DNA of 27,011 bases from Marsupella aquatica (lineage: Eukaryota > Plantae > Marchantiophyta). Each line of letters opens with the position of its first letter. Position 1 is the stretch's first letter. Position numbers and translations under genes: made by a program. The DNA is taken from positions 99,640-126,650 of the forward strand of contig OZ316898.1 in the NCBI GenBank assembly GCA_973895155.1, read 5' to 3'. Shown here one piece after another: positions 9,308 to 21,800 of the stretch. The notes beneath the pieces were generated by a model, which was given only the letters and a program-made list of their open reading frames with translations, was not told the DNA's origin and did not search any database.

Positions 9308-11399
9308 TGTGGTGCGTCCCATGGCTCCCTAAACCCAAGAAACCCCCCAGCTCAAGCCGATCCCGCAGGTTTCATGCTTGGCGAGGCCGTTTCCGCGGCT
9401 TAGCGGCATGGGACGCTGCTAACCTTCTACTACTACTATTAACATTTTACACACATATACTGGACAGATCCTTCATCGGGTCATGAGATACGTAGCCGGC
9501 CTAATATAGGCCTTCCCCTGTCTTCCCCTGTCTTCTTGTTAGGTATGTTTGGATTCCGCCGCCGGAATGATCCCCAATAGGCTTGGTTAAGCCGCTAAGA
9601 CCTCTCTCAGCTCGACACATCCAACTCTCACTCCCCTGCTTACTTTCCTTCCTTCTGTTGATGTGGGCACTCTTCACACAAGTTAATGCGACACACAAAT
9701 AGCAAAATGACTCATTCTGACTAAGTCATACCATGCACTTGCCATACAAACAGTACATCTCATACACAAGTTCTGCGAACTAAGCCGTGAGGCCAACTCT
9801 ATTCAGCTCTTAGGCATGAGGAAACATGAATATACACAAGGGTCACTGTATGACTAACCGAGAGCTTCTCGTACTACTTGATCCCAGCCCGGCTGGTGCA
9901 AACTAAAAACTTGCTAAAGAAGAGGCCCTGAGCTCCCCGCTGCCCAGGTACTTATCCTGGTAGTGGATCCGCCATTCTTTGCATCGTAAGCCTAATCTAC
10001 TTAACAGTAATCTACTTACCCGAATCTACCTATGTACAGCAAGGCAGGAGCACAAGTGTTGCTCCTACCAGTGGAACCGCAATCCCACTAAGCTAAGTGT
10101 CAGGGCCGCTCCTGGTTCTGATCCTAATCCTAAACGTGGAGATCCGCGCCCGCCGTGCCCACTCACGCCTCCTCCCTCCACGTCCGCCCTCCCTAAAAGG
10201 AACGACGCCCTTGCACCGTCACGACACCGGTGGTGGATCCTTAATGGACGCCCCCAACGCTTCCTCCTCAGCCACTGCCGTAGGTTCATTCTCTGACAGA
10301 TTACCTGCCCTTGACTGAGTCAACTCTCCATCGGCCTGACTGGGTCCACCTTCGGCTTCAGCCATGGTAATCTTACAAAGGCCTCCAAGCCGGATCCGGC
10401 CATGAAGCCTTGGTACTTCTTGGTCTGCATGGCCGTAAAGCATGCATCCTCCTCCCGTGCAAAATGTAGTTGCACCTCCACCGGTAGGGTTGCCGCCCAG
10501 CCCTTCTAGGTGTCATCCCTGGTTGGAATGGCCTTGATGGGATCGACCTCCTCCTCTTTGGCTTCTCCCTGCCTCCTGCTCTGCTGCTCGGCTGGCTTCT
10601 TTGGTGCCGCCGACCTCGTTCTTTTTGCCGGGGTGGCTTCATCGTTGACGGCCCCCTTCCTCTTCATCTCTGCTGCCGTGGAGGTTTCTCCTAGCACCGT
10701 TGCCTGGGTCCACCTTTCCGTGCTACCCTTTAATTCCCAGTGTATGTCGTTGCAGTTCTTGATGGCCTCTCGGATGCCGACGACGCTGTCTTTGCAAAAC
10801 AGATGATCGTCGAGTTGATTGGAAGTAGGCGTCCACAGGAACTCGTCCTTGATGAGTTCGCCTCCTAAGAAAGCCGTCTTCTGCAGCTCCCACAATCGAG
10901 CGAGCTCCTGCCGTTCTCGAGCTGCCCTTTCTGACTCCTCGTCCTCGTAAGTCTTGATGTACTCAGTTGCCCGTTCGAACAGGCATCCCCAGAAATGTGC
11001 CGCTTGATTGACGTTGCTCATACCCTCCTTAGGTCGATCGTCGGTATCTATTCTCTCCCCGAGTGCTTGCCTAAGCAGCTGACAGTAGTTGGCCTCCCGT
11101 AGTCGTCTGCCTAGTTCGTGCTCGCAAATGAGCCACCATCTCCTGCAAGCGCTCCTTACCCCTCTCCTCTGCCGGTCCTTCTTCCCGTTGATCCTTCCTA
11201 GCCGCCGACGCTTAACGCGCCCTAACCCTAATCGGGTTTTCACCCTTAGCCTTACCTCCGGCCTCTGCCCGGGTTCCATGGTTGCCCCTAATTGTTTATA
11301 TTTTCCTTGTTTTGTCACTATACTAAGGTGTTCCTAGGGTGCCTTCCTGCTTTACCCACTTAACCGGCCGAGTGATTCCTGTCTAGGCATCACACGGGG
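9303..11399 (-). mobile_element. Solo LTR-A (9308-11394) with ~2.5-kb internal deletion, flanked by 5-bp TSD CGGGG
   Basis: CGGGG at 9303-9307 and 11395-11399. Termini on the - strand are TGTGATGCC...GCACCACA. Removing it rejoins gag as GVMRG-EARPWY. Confidence 0.95.
10219..11279 (-). pseudogene. ORF-A remnant: N-terminal ~300 codons fused out of frame to the last ~45 codons
   Basis: Matches 25765-26694, then 2486-2630. TGG>TAG stop at ~10507. Junction CGGCTTCAGCC at 10353-10363. Confidence 0.9.
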
Positions 11400-12408
11400 A
11401 GAAGCTCGTCCATGGTACAACTCGTTACCACCCGGGATACTTGGGCACAATTCCAAGCTGCATTTCTGCAGGAGTTTCATGCCATTGGATCAGAACAGTG
11501 TTCTCTATTAAAGATTGGCCAGCTTCGCATGGGAAAAAAAGAGTCCCTGCGGAAGTTCATTCAGAAGTTTCAGAAACTTGCAGCCAAGATCCGGCCCAGG
11601 CCAGGAGACGCGCTCCAGCTTACATGGTTCCTTCATGGTTTGCCCACGAATATGCAATTCTGGGTATGCCAGAATAATCCAATTTCAATGCAGGCGGCCA
11701 TAGCGTGCGCTGAAACTTACCGGGAGTCCACCTATAACTCCCGGCGGAGCCAGCGAGCACGCCGCAGGAAGGGTAAGTATGAGACCTTCAGTGACAGTGA
11801 CTCCGAATTGGACGACGAGAGGAAGAAGAAACGCAAGAAGAAGAAGAAACATCGTTCGACCTCGTCCAGCTCAGAGACGGAATCCAGTTCGGATTCAGCT
11901 TCAAGCATCGGATCCTCTACCTCCAATTCATCAGGAAGTGACTCGGAGAGCAAAAGCCGGAGCAAAAAGAAGAAGAGACGAGTGAAGAAGGAGGGGAAGA
12001 TTAAACCCCGGGCGTGAAGAACGATACCAGATCCAAAGGCTGCCGAAGCAGACAAGCTGAACGAAATCACGGATTGACTCAAAGCACTGTCAGTACATCT
12101 TGCGGAAAAGCCGATGGAGAAGAAGAAGCCATCTGAGATTCGAGCCCATGCCTGGTGTTCAAAGTGCTTCCAATCCGGCCATGTGGTGCAGGAATGCCCA
12201 AGGTGGAAGAACCGAGTTCACCAAGTAGAGCTGGATGATGTTGACAACCCGGGCCCCGAATCGGAGTCCACGGAGTATTTCTTTGAGGACCCTCCTGATT
12301 CCGTGTACCAGATTTCAACGGTAGGTCCGCGTAATCTAGCGGGTAGAACTGCCTACCCCTATCCAAGCAATGGTCGGAGTTTCCAGGTTATCAGTAATCC
12401 GAGCATCC
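11400..12408 (+). pseudogene. gag: gag of family B, 3' part (capsid-like region, Ser/Lys-rich tract, CCHC zinc knuckle), disrupted and truncated
   Basis: TWAQFQAAFLQEF...LRMGKKESLRKFIQKFQKL...WFLHGLP; zinc knuckle CSKCFQSGHVVQEC. Frameshift near 11430, stops at 12015 and 12076. Confidence 0.9.
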
Positions 12409-14981
12409 CTCCCAAGGTGATTGCCGAAGTGTTTGGGTTGCCGATAGGCAATAAGACCAAAGTTGATACCAGGAAGACCTTGCCTGACAAGGAGTTCCGG
12501 TCGTTCCCCGGGCCATCAACGAAGAATGGCTTCTTCCGGAACACCTGCACCAACCCGCACATAGGAGAGATGATCTACTTCTTGCGGGTGACCATGCATT
12601 GTAACTTGCCGAGGGCAGAGATCGGCAAGGCACAGGTCTATCTGGCAGAGAGGCCAGACCCAAGCCGGGACTACAACGGGTACCTCCTCAACCAATTGAA
12701 GAAGATCTTAAAGGAGGAGCAGCAGGTAATCGGCCTGGGGAGCGTGTCGCGGCTTGGCTATCACATGCCGCTGTTGTGCCGGTATGCCAGAGGTCAGACC
12801 TTTGCCCCAGTACTTCCCCTGTAGGTAAGGGCACCCGAGGAAGCTCCAGCACCGAGGCCGGTAGCAGAGAAGCCTCAACCACCTATTAGCCCTACGATTG
12901 AGCAGGTGTTTAGGCCAAGGAAGGAAGACTTGCCGATGCAGCAACCAAGCATGCAAAATCTGCTGAAAATGCTGGAGAAGGAAAAGACGGCACTGGCACC
13001 AGCTTCGGCAGCGGCACCAATATAGGACACTGCCCCAGAGGTCAACCTAAGCAGACTTAGAAGGGAAAACCCCTTTACCGGAAATAAGGAGAGAATCAGG
13101 CCAGAATCCAAGCCGAGTGTTCGAATGTACGTGGGAGTCTCAAGCTTTGAATCTGAGGCAGAATTGCCTGAAGCTCCTACCGGCGAAGAGGAGAGGGAGA
13201 AGCCGGAAGTCAAAGAGGTGGAGGAGGTAGTGGAGGACTGCAGCCATGATAACTCCGGCTATGGGTCGGACCATCACGTTCCAGGAGTAAGGACCTATGG
13301 TCGGTTTATCCCCACACTTCCAAGGATAGTTCGAGGGGACCCCAACCAGCAGAGTAGCCCCGAGTCTCCCCCACCAGATGTTGCTCCCCCGAGCTTTGAC
13401 GGCATAAAGTAGACGGCACAGGAATTTCAGGAGCGACTTAGGGAAGCAGAAAAGGCAGCCCTGGCTAGGGAAAAGGATTTTCCAGGAGGAGATTGGCCGG
13501 AGGACATCAGGCGGCTAGCCGAAAAAGGAAGCAAACCTCTAGCCACGATTGAAGAGATCCGCAAGACGGCTTGGGAGCAGAGGCCGCGATGGGCGATGCC
13601 GATCACTTCTACTTACTCCACCTACGCTAAGAATAGAGCCATGGAGTATGGTGAGATATGTGGGGAACTTGCGCTCGGCATCTTTGGGGAGGAGTTGGAG
13701 GTAGGACCCTTTTTCCATAAGGAGCAGTTGGAGAAGCACCAATTAGAAGAAGCGGTGGCTTTAGAGAGAAGCAAGAAGGACGAGGTCATCCGGCGACTTA
13801 GGAGGATGGAAGCGGCATGAGCTGAACATCATGCAGGGGCAGTTGGACACCGCGCAGGCTGATAATCAGATTATCAAGGATAAACTGACTCAGACCCAGG
13901 GAGAATTGGCCGACGCAATCAAGGACAGGGAGAAATGGAAGAAGGAGCTAAGAGACGCAGAGGAGGCCCATATAGCAGTCAACAACCGGGTCACGGTGGA
14001 GACTCAGAGAAGGGAGAGGGTGCTGAAGGAAGAGCTCGAGGTCATCCACAGAGCCCTTGAGCAGAAGGAGGCCGAGTTAGGGAAATCCTATCAAGGGATT
14101 ATTGCGCTACAGCAGGAGCTTGCGTCCCTGTCGGCCAGCTTCAAGGCCGACCTACGGGAGAAGGACGCCCAGCTCGACCAGACTTATGCCAAGATGAATA
14201 ACATGGAGTCTGAGGTCGTAGCAGAGCTCGACAAGGAGCTAAGAGCAACCCAGGAGGAGAGGGCTACCACCAAGAAGGAATTGGAGGAAGCCCACAGGGA
14301 ATTGGAGGAAGCCAAAAACGAGCTGGAGGAGGCACGTAAGGACCTGGATGAGACCCAGGAGGAGTTGGAGGAAATCACGAGGAAGATGGAGAACCTACAG
14401 CGGCGGGCTGACAACCAAACAGAGCGGCTGAAGAAACAAGCCGTAGTATTTAAATGCTTAGCTGCATCAGGTCCATCTCCTGGTGGGGCAAACTAGTTAC
14501 CCGGGGTGGTAATTGCCGAAGGACCAGCCGTGACACACGGCCCGGTGCCGGACGTTGGCGGCAAGGGGAAGGAACCGGCTATGGAGATAGTGAAGAAGAA
14601 GAAGCGGAAACCTTCGGGGTCCGGAGGTTATTCGACCCCTCAAGCCGTACTCAAACCGGTACCAACCTCCGGCATGAACACGGCAATAGATCCCGCTATC
14701 ACCAAAGGTGGGGATGGCGCGGCCCAAGCCGAAATACTCAGTAATGAGGCCGGTATCCCAGATCCACCTCTTGAGCAAGCCGAGGCTGAGGCCGTAGCCG
14801 AGGCTGAGGCCGTAGCCGAGGCTGATGTTGAAGCCGATGCATTGCCGGGGGTGGACCCAGTCAAGCCGATGGAGAGTTGACTCAGTCAAGGGCAGGTAAT
14901 CTGTCAGAGAACGAACCTACGGCAGTGACTGAGGTGGAAGCGTTGGGGGCGTCCACTGAGGAACAGCCACCGCTGCCATGA
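12409..14981 (+). pseudogene. ORF-A degenerate copy
   Basis: Fragments 12409-12824, 13125-13412, 13596-13820, 13831-14496 and 14506-14880. Multiple CAG>TAG stops and a ~56-bp frameshifting deletion near 13813. Confidence 0.9.
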
Positions 14982-15329
14982 CGGTGGTGGAGGGCCGCTC
15001 CTTTCAAGGAGGGCGGACGTGGAGGGAGGAGGCGTGAGTGGGCAGGGCGGGCTCAGATCTCTAAGTGGGCAGGGCGGAATCCAAACATACCTAACAAGAC
15101 GGAGGGGAAGACAAGGGAAGGCCTAGATTAGGCCGGCTACGTATCTCATGACCCGATGAAGGATCTGTCCAGTATATGTGTGTAAAATGTTAGTAGTAGT
15201 AGTAGAAAGAGGTTAGCAGCGTCCCATGCCGCTAAGCCGCGGAAACGGCCTCGCCAAGCGCAAAACCTGCGGGAATCGGCTTGCGTTGGGGGGGTTTCTT
15301 GGGTTTAGGGAGCCATGGGACGCACCACA
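12409..15329 (+). repeat. LTR-A copy 3 (5'-truncated, more diverged, ~0.6-kb deletion in the 3' non-coding part); 5' LTR of a + strand A element
   Basis: Colinear with 49-3541. Ends GCACCACA followed by TTTT, PBS and gag. Confidence 0.92.
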
Positions 15330-15333
15330 TTTT

Positions 15334-15351
15334 TGGCGCTAGATGGAGGGG
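15334..15351 (+). other. Primer binding site of family A, likely tRNA-Asn
   Basis: TGGCGCTAGATGGAGGGG 4 nt after the LTR end; identical to the family B PBS. Confidence 0.85.
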
Positions 15352-15398
15352 GCATTTCTTAAGCCGTGAGATATGAAGTTAGGAAAGAAGCGTAGGTA

Positions 15399-15883
15399 AT
15401 GGCTGAACCTACGCCAAGGGAGGAAAGAGTGATTCAACGGGAGAGAGCTCGTCTGCAGCAGCTCGCCGGGTGGCATGATACACAGCGACTGAGAGGAGCA
15501 GAAAGAGCTGGTAGCTCCAAAGCTGGAAGTGGCGTCGAAGAAGACATACCAGAAGAAGAGTCGGTAAGGAGAAGTGAGTCTCCAACCGACATGGGGGAAC
15601 TAGAGGCACGGCCAGACGAGAGGCCAGGGACCAGACTGAGCCAACGGTCGCGCATTCATTACAAGGCATTTCATGGGAGAGGAGATGAGGATCCGGACGA
15701 ATGGTTGGATGATTTCGAGGGAACCGCTACAGCAAATGGAGAATCGGCCATCAAGATGCAGATTCTTCCCGGCCTGTTCAAGGGTGAGGCTAGGCCTTGG
15801 TACAGAGCCTTGGATGTGGAAGATCAAGCCATATGGAATACTTTCAGATCAATATTTGTCAAGGAGTTTTGACCCATTGGAAC
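15399..15883 (+). pseudogene. gag: gag of family A, 5' fragment, truncated at junction
   Basis: MAEPTPREER...DPDEWLDDFEG...GEARPWY...FVKEF*PIGT. Inverted homologue of 17849-18249 plus 22267-22354. Confidence 0.92.
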
Positions 15884-18249
15884 ACGAGTTACTGTCGGTT
15901 AACACTCCCGTGGGAATGACCTGATATCCATTGGCCATGTTCAACACTCTTCCAGTCATCTCCGGTGTTAGACCCCACCCTTTTGCTGTTGAATCAATCA
16001 TAATACATACCCCTGATCCTCCATCGATGGGTACCCGTAGTAATAATTCTCCTTGAATCATTAATGGTAATGCTGGGGCTCCTTGATCTTCTTCTATCAT
16101 TAGTACGTCGGATCTGGTTGCTACCTTGGGTAATCTTGGCTTGCCGAGAATAGCCTTCCTTAATTGCTTCCGGAAGTACGGGCTATTTTTCAATAGTTGA
16201 CCTACTGTTGCCGAGACTCTAGATTCTAGTACATCTTTAGCCAGGTCATAGGGAACAATCGGCTTCTCCTCTGGTGGTGTCTCCGTCTTGGATTTGGCCA
16301 GTTTTGCCACGCTAGTCTCCACAGCTGTTGGGTCCTCCGAAGCAAACAATGCTTTTTCTCGTTTTACATCCTTGGCAATGGCTTCGGTATTCTCCAGGGT
16401 TTCTAATTCTCTTAGTTGTTCCTTAACACTAGCCGTAACAGAGGGGTAGAACAACTTAGGATGATCTCGATTGAAGTCGCTATCTTGTGAAGGATTGGGT
16501 TCACTGGTGGGCTCATGGCTTACCTGTATTGCCGGAGCCCTCCCTTCTCCTTCCGTTGATATTGACGAAGAGTCGATCTTTTCCTCCGTAACCTTCCCTT
16601 TATTTTTGGCCAGCCCATCCCACCTTTCCTTCCTTCTGGTAGATCGAGTAGAGACCCGGTAGCAATCATGATCTAAATCCTCTTCTGAGAAGGTTGATAG
16701 GGCTTCGGCCTCATCATCAGATGGTACAAACTCTGCCTCGGCATCCTCTTGCCATCCTAGTTCGATGTGGTTGATTTGAACTCCTCCGGGGGTAGTACCT
16801 GGCGGTAAGACCTTGACCGGCAAAAGTTTATGATTTGCGGCCAGGCCTGCCAACCAAGTAGGACATTGCCCTAGCATATGACCTTCCTGTCGGCATCCCA
16901 TACATAGCTGAGCTGGTTGTCCATCACCCTGTTTGCGTGCATTCGGGCATTCTCTAGCAAAATGGCCAGGTTGACCACAATTATAGCATGCCGCAAATCT
17001 TTGCACACTCGGCCTAGGAGGTACTGACGGGTTCTGAATAATCCGAGGATACATCTCTCCTGGATTGTTCCTTAACCCTGACCATAGAGATGCAGGTCTG
17101 TTGGATAGGTCTCGTGCTCCAGTCTCACTGATGCCGAAAACACTATCAGCGGCATCTCCTAAAAAGTACTCTACTTCTCCCTGACATGGTCTGATCTCGG
17201 CCACATGCCGAACATGATTAGTATTAAGCTTAGGACACGCATCTTTATGGTGTCCGGTTTTATAACATAAGGCACACCATACAGAGCTATCCTCCTGTAC
17301 TACCTTCTTCTTCGGTTTTACCTCTGCAATTATAGCCTTAAGTTGCTCGGTAAGGGCTACGATGTTATCTGGTGGCTTAGCCTCCAGCTTGACTTTCGTC
17401 TTCCCTCTCCTTCTGCCCTTCCTTTTCCTAGTTTTTTCTTCTTCAGAACTAGAAGATGACTCACTCTTGCTACTTCCACTATCCGAGCTTGAGTTATCAC
17501 TTCTAGACTTCTTAGAATGTTTCTTCTTCTTATCTTTTTTCTTATGGGGTGATCCCTCTTCTGATGAGGAACTCTCAGACTTAAGCTGTTTCTTCCGGCT
17601 TGTGATATCTGCATTAATGTATAATTGAATATCCTTAATTGCTTCGGCTAAAGTCTCCGGGTTCTCCTTCCTAATTGCAAAACTCATCTTCTGTGGCAAA
17701 GCATTCACCAACCATTGAAGTTGCATACCTTCAGATGCATTGGTCTTTGTACGTCTTACCAGTTTCTGAAAGCGTTGCAAGAACTTCCTGAAGGATTTGT
17801 TCTCCTTGAACCGAAGTCGTCCCAACTTCAGCACTGCTAGTTCTGAAGTTCCAATGGGTCGAAACTCCTTAACAAAGAGTGTTTTGAAGATATCCCAGAT
17901 GGCTTGATCTTCCACATCTAATGCTCTATACCAAGGCCTAGCCTCACCCTTGAACAGGCCGGGAAGAATCTGCATCTTGATGGCCGATTCTCCATTTGCT
18001 GCAGCGGTTCCCTCGAAATCATCCAACCATTCGTCTGGATCCTCATCTCCTCTCCCATGAAATGCCTTGTAATGTATGCATGACCATTGGCTCAGTCTGG
18101 TCCCTGGCCTCTCGTCTGGCCGTGCCTCTGGTTCCCCCATGTCGGTTGGAGACTCACTTCTCCTTACCGACTCTTCTTCTGGTATGTCTTCTTCGACGCC
18201 ACTTCCAGTTTCGGAGCTACTAGCTCTTTCTGCCCCTCTCAGTCGCTGT
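15884..18249 (-). pseudogene. gag-pol: gag-protease of family A (main part); frame open but split from its ATG by insertion and truncated within the protease
   Basis: Gag core; three CCHC knuckles (CALCYKTGHHKDAC, CYNCGQPGHFAREC, CMGCRQEGHMLGQC); aspartic protease VPIDGGSGVCIM...LNMANG in the same frame. Confidence 0.93.
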
Positions 18250-19151
18250 TGTCACGTCGTAGGCTTCGGCCTTAACTCAGACTTCAGCTTAGACGGGCAC
18301 ATCCCTCGTAAGTCTGAGGGTTCGGGCAGGAAGGGAAGCACGTAATGCACCTTATTCTCGTAAACTAGCGCTAAGTGCGCATAATGCTAAATACGGACAC
18401 CTCCTAGGTATGGTTTGTGTTCCGCCGCCGGAACATACCTTAGTCGATAGCAGGATCGACCCCGGCTTAAGGGCTTCTAAGCCTTCGTGCTGTCCGCCTT
18501 TGATCCGGATTCGATGATACAGGTCCTCAACCCGTGCTCGCAACCACTTACCCGCAGGCTACACCCTGTGCACGTCTCGGGTAGTGCGTTCGGCCTGGCG
18601 TTGCCACCCATATACGAGAAACCCACACACATATGCGCACACATGCATACAATCTCGATTTACACGAAGGAAAATGATGGGAAAGGATTTTACTACAAAG
18701 GGAACATATGCGTACACTTAGTTGACACGACAGCCCTGGAATGAACAGGTTCAAGGCCGAGGGTGCACACTACAACGGAGCCCGGCTCCGCACTCGCCCG
18801 GCGAGCTTAGTCCTACCCCCTCCCCTTGGTACTCTGTCATTCCCAGAGGTCGGGACTCCCCGCATATCCCGCGGATGTCCGACTCTGAAACTAAAAAAAC
18901 CCCCCCCCTTGCCTCTACCGAGGGGTGCACTAAATACTAAGAGCCGAGGGACGGGGTGTCCTCTCGCCGAAGATTCGCTGACTAAGGTCCTAACTAAGCT
19001 GACAGTCAGGCCGGAAAACGACTGTGTCTTATTAGAAGATCCTAATCTACGCAGGCTGGACAGCAGGGCAGTGCTGCTGTACCTAAGGCAGGTGCCTGTC
19101 CCAAGAGCCTGACTAAGCCAATCCTAATCCTAATCTATTCCTACTCCGCCG

Positions 19152-21800
19152 CTAATGCCTGGCACGCTTGCCAGAGCCGCCCGAATAGGAACGGCCATCC
19201 CGCTGCCTTCGAAGCCTGTCATTGTCCGCTTTGAGGAGCTGGACCTTGTCCAGCAGAGATTCGTTCTCTCGCCTCGCCGCGTCCGTCTCCTCTGCTGCCT
19301 CCTGACATGCCTCCTCCAGCTGCTGGGCGTCGCTCGTCAGTTTACCCGCCAGCTGGTCCTGCTTCTCGGCCTCGGTTTGGAGCCGCGCCATCTCGGCCTG
19401 CAGCGTGGCTATCTCCGTCGTGTCCCGTTGGGCTCGCTCCTCGGCCTCCTCCAGGTCTTTCTGCCAGGTGACAACTTGTTTCTTCAAACTGTCAATCTGG
19501 TTCCGGAGTCGTGTAATCTCGGCCTCGTTCCCAGCTTTGGCCTGTTCGGCTAGGGCGGTAAGAGCGTACGCCTTTGCTAACAACTCATCGGCGGCTGCAA
19601 CCTTGGGTCGTAGTTGCAGAAGCTCAGCCTCTTGAGCCACCACTTCGTTCTTTAGGTACACATACTCCACCCGGTACCGCTCTATCCTCTGAAGGGCCTC
19701 CGACTGGGCCCGACCTACCTTTACGGCGACAACCAACTCCTGATTGAAGAAACAGGCTACCTTCCGGGCCATGAACTCCCCGGTATCCCGGGCAATTTGA
19801 TGAGAGAAATCTCCCAGAAGCCCGTCCAGAAACGTACCCTGTACGAAGAGTTCCGGGTGGTCCAAGTTGTGCCTGTCCGGATTTGGGCACGGGCAGACAT
19901 CAACACGCGCAGGGGCCGGGGCAGTGACGTCCAGCCCTGGGGACATAACGTTGGAAGGGGCTGGAGTGTCCTCCTGCAGCAATGTCCGGTTCTCCGGAAT
20001 TGCCATCGGTGGGTCCTTGGGAGACCCGGGTTCGGGTAAGACCTCTGCCGTACCAACTTCTGTACTTAGCCTGACTAGTTGGGTCGCATCAACGGTTGCG
20101 ACGACCGACCCCTCCGGCGCCTCCTCGGTTACGATTACAGCTATTTGTGGAGGTGGGGTGGGTGAAGCTGGCGTGTCCATTGGACTTCGGGCCTTGGGTT
20201 GGGGCCGTCTCTCCAATGCCGGAAAAACCCACCTAGTTGGGACCAGCTTTGTAACGTTGATGCGGGGAAGGGTTCGTCGATCAAACCGGGCATACCACTC
20301 AAGAATGATTTCGATGTGGCTAGCGAAATACGCCTTCCCGCCAATGTACAGTGTCTTCCTTCGCCGCTCCATCTCTTCATGGAATTTCTTAGCGAAGTAC
20401 GACGCCCATTTCCTAGGTCGATAGTTCTCGACCTGGATAACCTGGGCGGCGGAGATCTCCCCCCGGGGTTCCATCATGTGGAGAGCGTACCTTTGGAACT
20501 CCAGCCGCTCAGCTATCTCAGGCATGAGGCAGGTCCTCATCACGAACCCGTTGTCTACTGCTCCTTCTGAGGGAAAACTTGAAGATTGGTACTTGGCCCC
20601 CTTGCCCCTGGGAGCCCGTGATTCCACTCAATGGTCACCTTCGGGTAACCCAAAGATCATCTTGAGCCGTTCTTCTGTGAGGGATATATTCCTTCCCCGT
20701 AGCCGAGTCTGTTGACGTACGTCGTCATAATTCTTGACGAATTCTGTCATGTCCTCCCCGTAGTACCTGCAAGTGTTCCAGGGGAGAGAGGTGAGGTGCT
20801 CAAATCCCTGAGTCTTCAGGTACACCGCATGCTTGGGATGGAGGATGTTGCTATGAACGTTTTCCCCCATGCGGTGCATCGTCACCTTGGCTACGGCTAC
20901 CATGGCCAACGGTAACCCGGATGCAGTGGCGGATTCCTTCCTCTTCTTTCCCCGTGACTGACTCGGGGAAGGTGATACTTCCCCATCCTCCCGATCGGGC
21001 CTGGGGAGTGCCACTGCGGTTGGTAACGGGCCCGGGGCGGCCACGGTCACCATGTTGTCTGCTGGGGCCGCTCCTGGGGTCAGAGCAGGGGGTGGGGACG
21101 ATATAGTGTCGGCCCCCTGAGCGCTTGTTCCTCTGGGCCGCCTGGTCAAGGGTGGGGTATCCTCGTCGTCATCGCTAAGATCCACAGCGTTGATGACGGA
21201 GCGTACCTGTGCTGACTGGGTGATAGGTGGTGGGGTTTGGCTAGGCTGCGGCTGAGGCTGAAGCTGAGCCTGAGGTTGAGGCTGGGGTTGCATGGGCACG
21301 GGTACGGGTACGGGCCCGGCTGAGTTGGTCATGTTGGTTGATGGCCGAGTTCCCATGAAGCTCTGCAGGTGCTGGTAGAAGTTCTCCGAAGCGAGTGCGG
21401 ACGCTCTTGTCGAACGGTTGGTACTGGACTCGCCGTTAATGACAGCCCGAACCTGGGCAGGGATGTGGTTGAAGTGATGTCGCTACAGGTCGATTGTACC
21501 CGGGATATTGAAGACCTCGTCCGGAAGCCAAAGCAATGCTTCCCAGAACCCGATATATTTGTCTCCGTTGAAGAAGTACCCAGATACCTTTGCTGGTCGG
21601 TAAAGCTCGCTTTGAGACGGGTAGTCAAAGTTAAGGACGTAGTGGTGTCATCCTGCTAGGCGGATGGCTCTCTTGTATTCGTGTTCGATTTCGTATCGGC
21701 GCGGGTTGGCGTGTTTCAATGAATCGGCCAAGTGCCTTCCGGTAGATAGGAACTGCGTCCAAAATCGAATGGCCGAGCTGGAGAGGATCGTGTGCGACAT
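19152..21800 (-). pseudogene. LTR-encoded accessory gene ORF-B (~882 codons, single frame, three in-frame stops)
   Basis: ATG 21800 is in frame with ORFs 20628-21356 and 19152-20627. Stops at 21648-21650 (CGA in copy 1), 21483-21485 (CAA in copy 1) and 20628-20630 (shared). Contains the PMD-like domain, a coiled coil and a C-terminal GKRARH. Confidence 0.9.

Larger units (their letters stand above)
3542..12408 (+). mobile_element. Family B Ty3/gypsy (non-chromovirus, Athila/Tat-like) retrotransposon segment arranged integrase-PPT-LTR-PBS-gag
   Basis: Integrase, PPT, a 4068-bp LTR, tRNA-Asn PBS and gag are contiguous on the + strand. Confidence 0.88.

Noticed and set aside
15849-15883. C-terminus (SNGSKLLDKY) of the 763-aa gag-protease ORF
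   Set aside because: It is read-through into the antisense of the + strand gag fragment beyond the junction.
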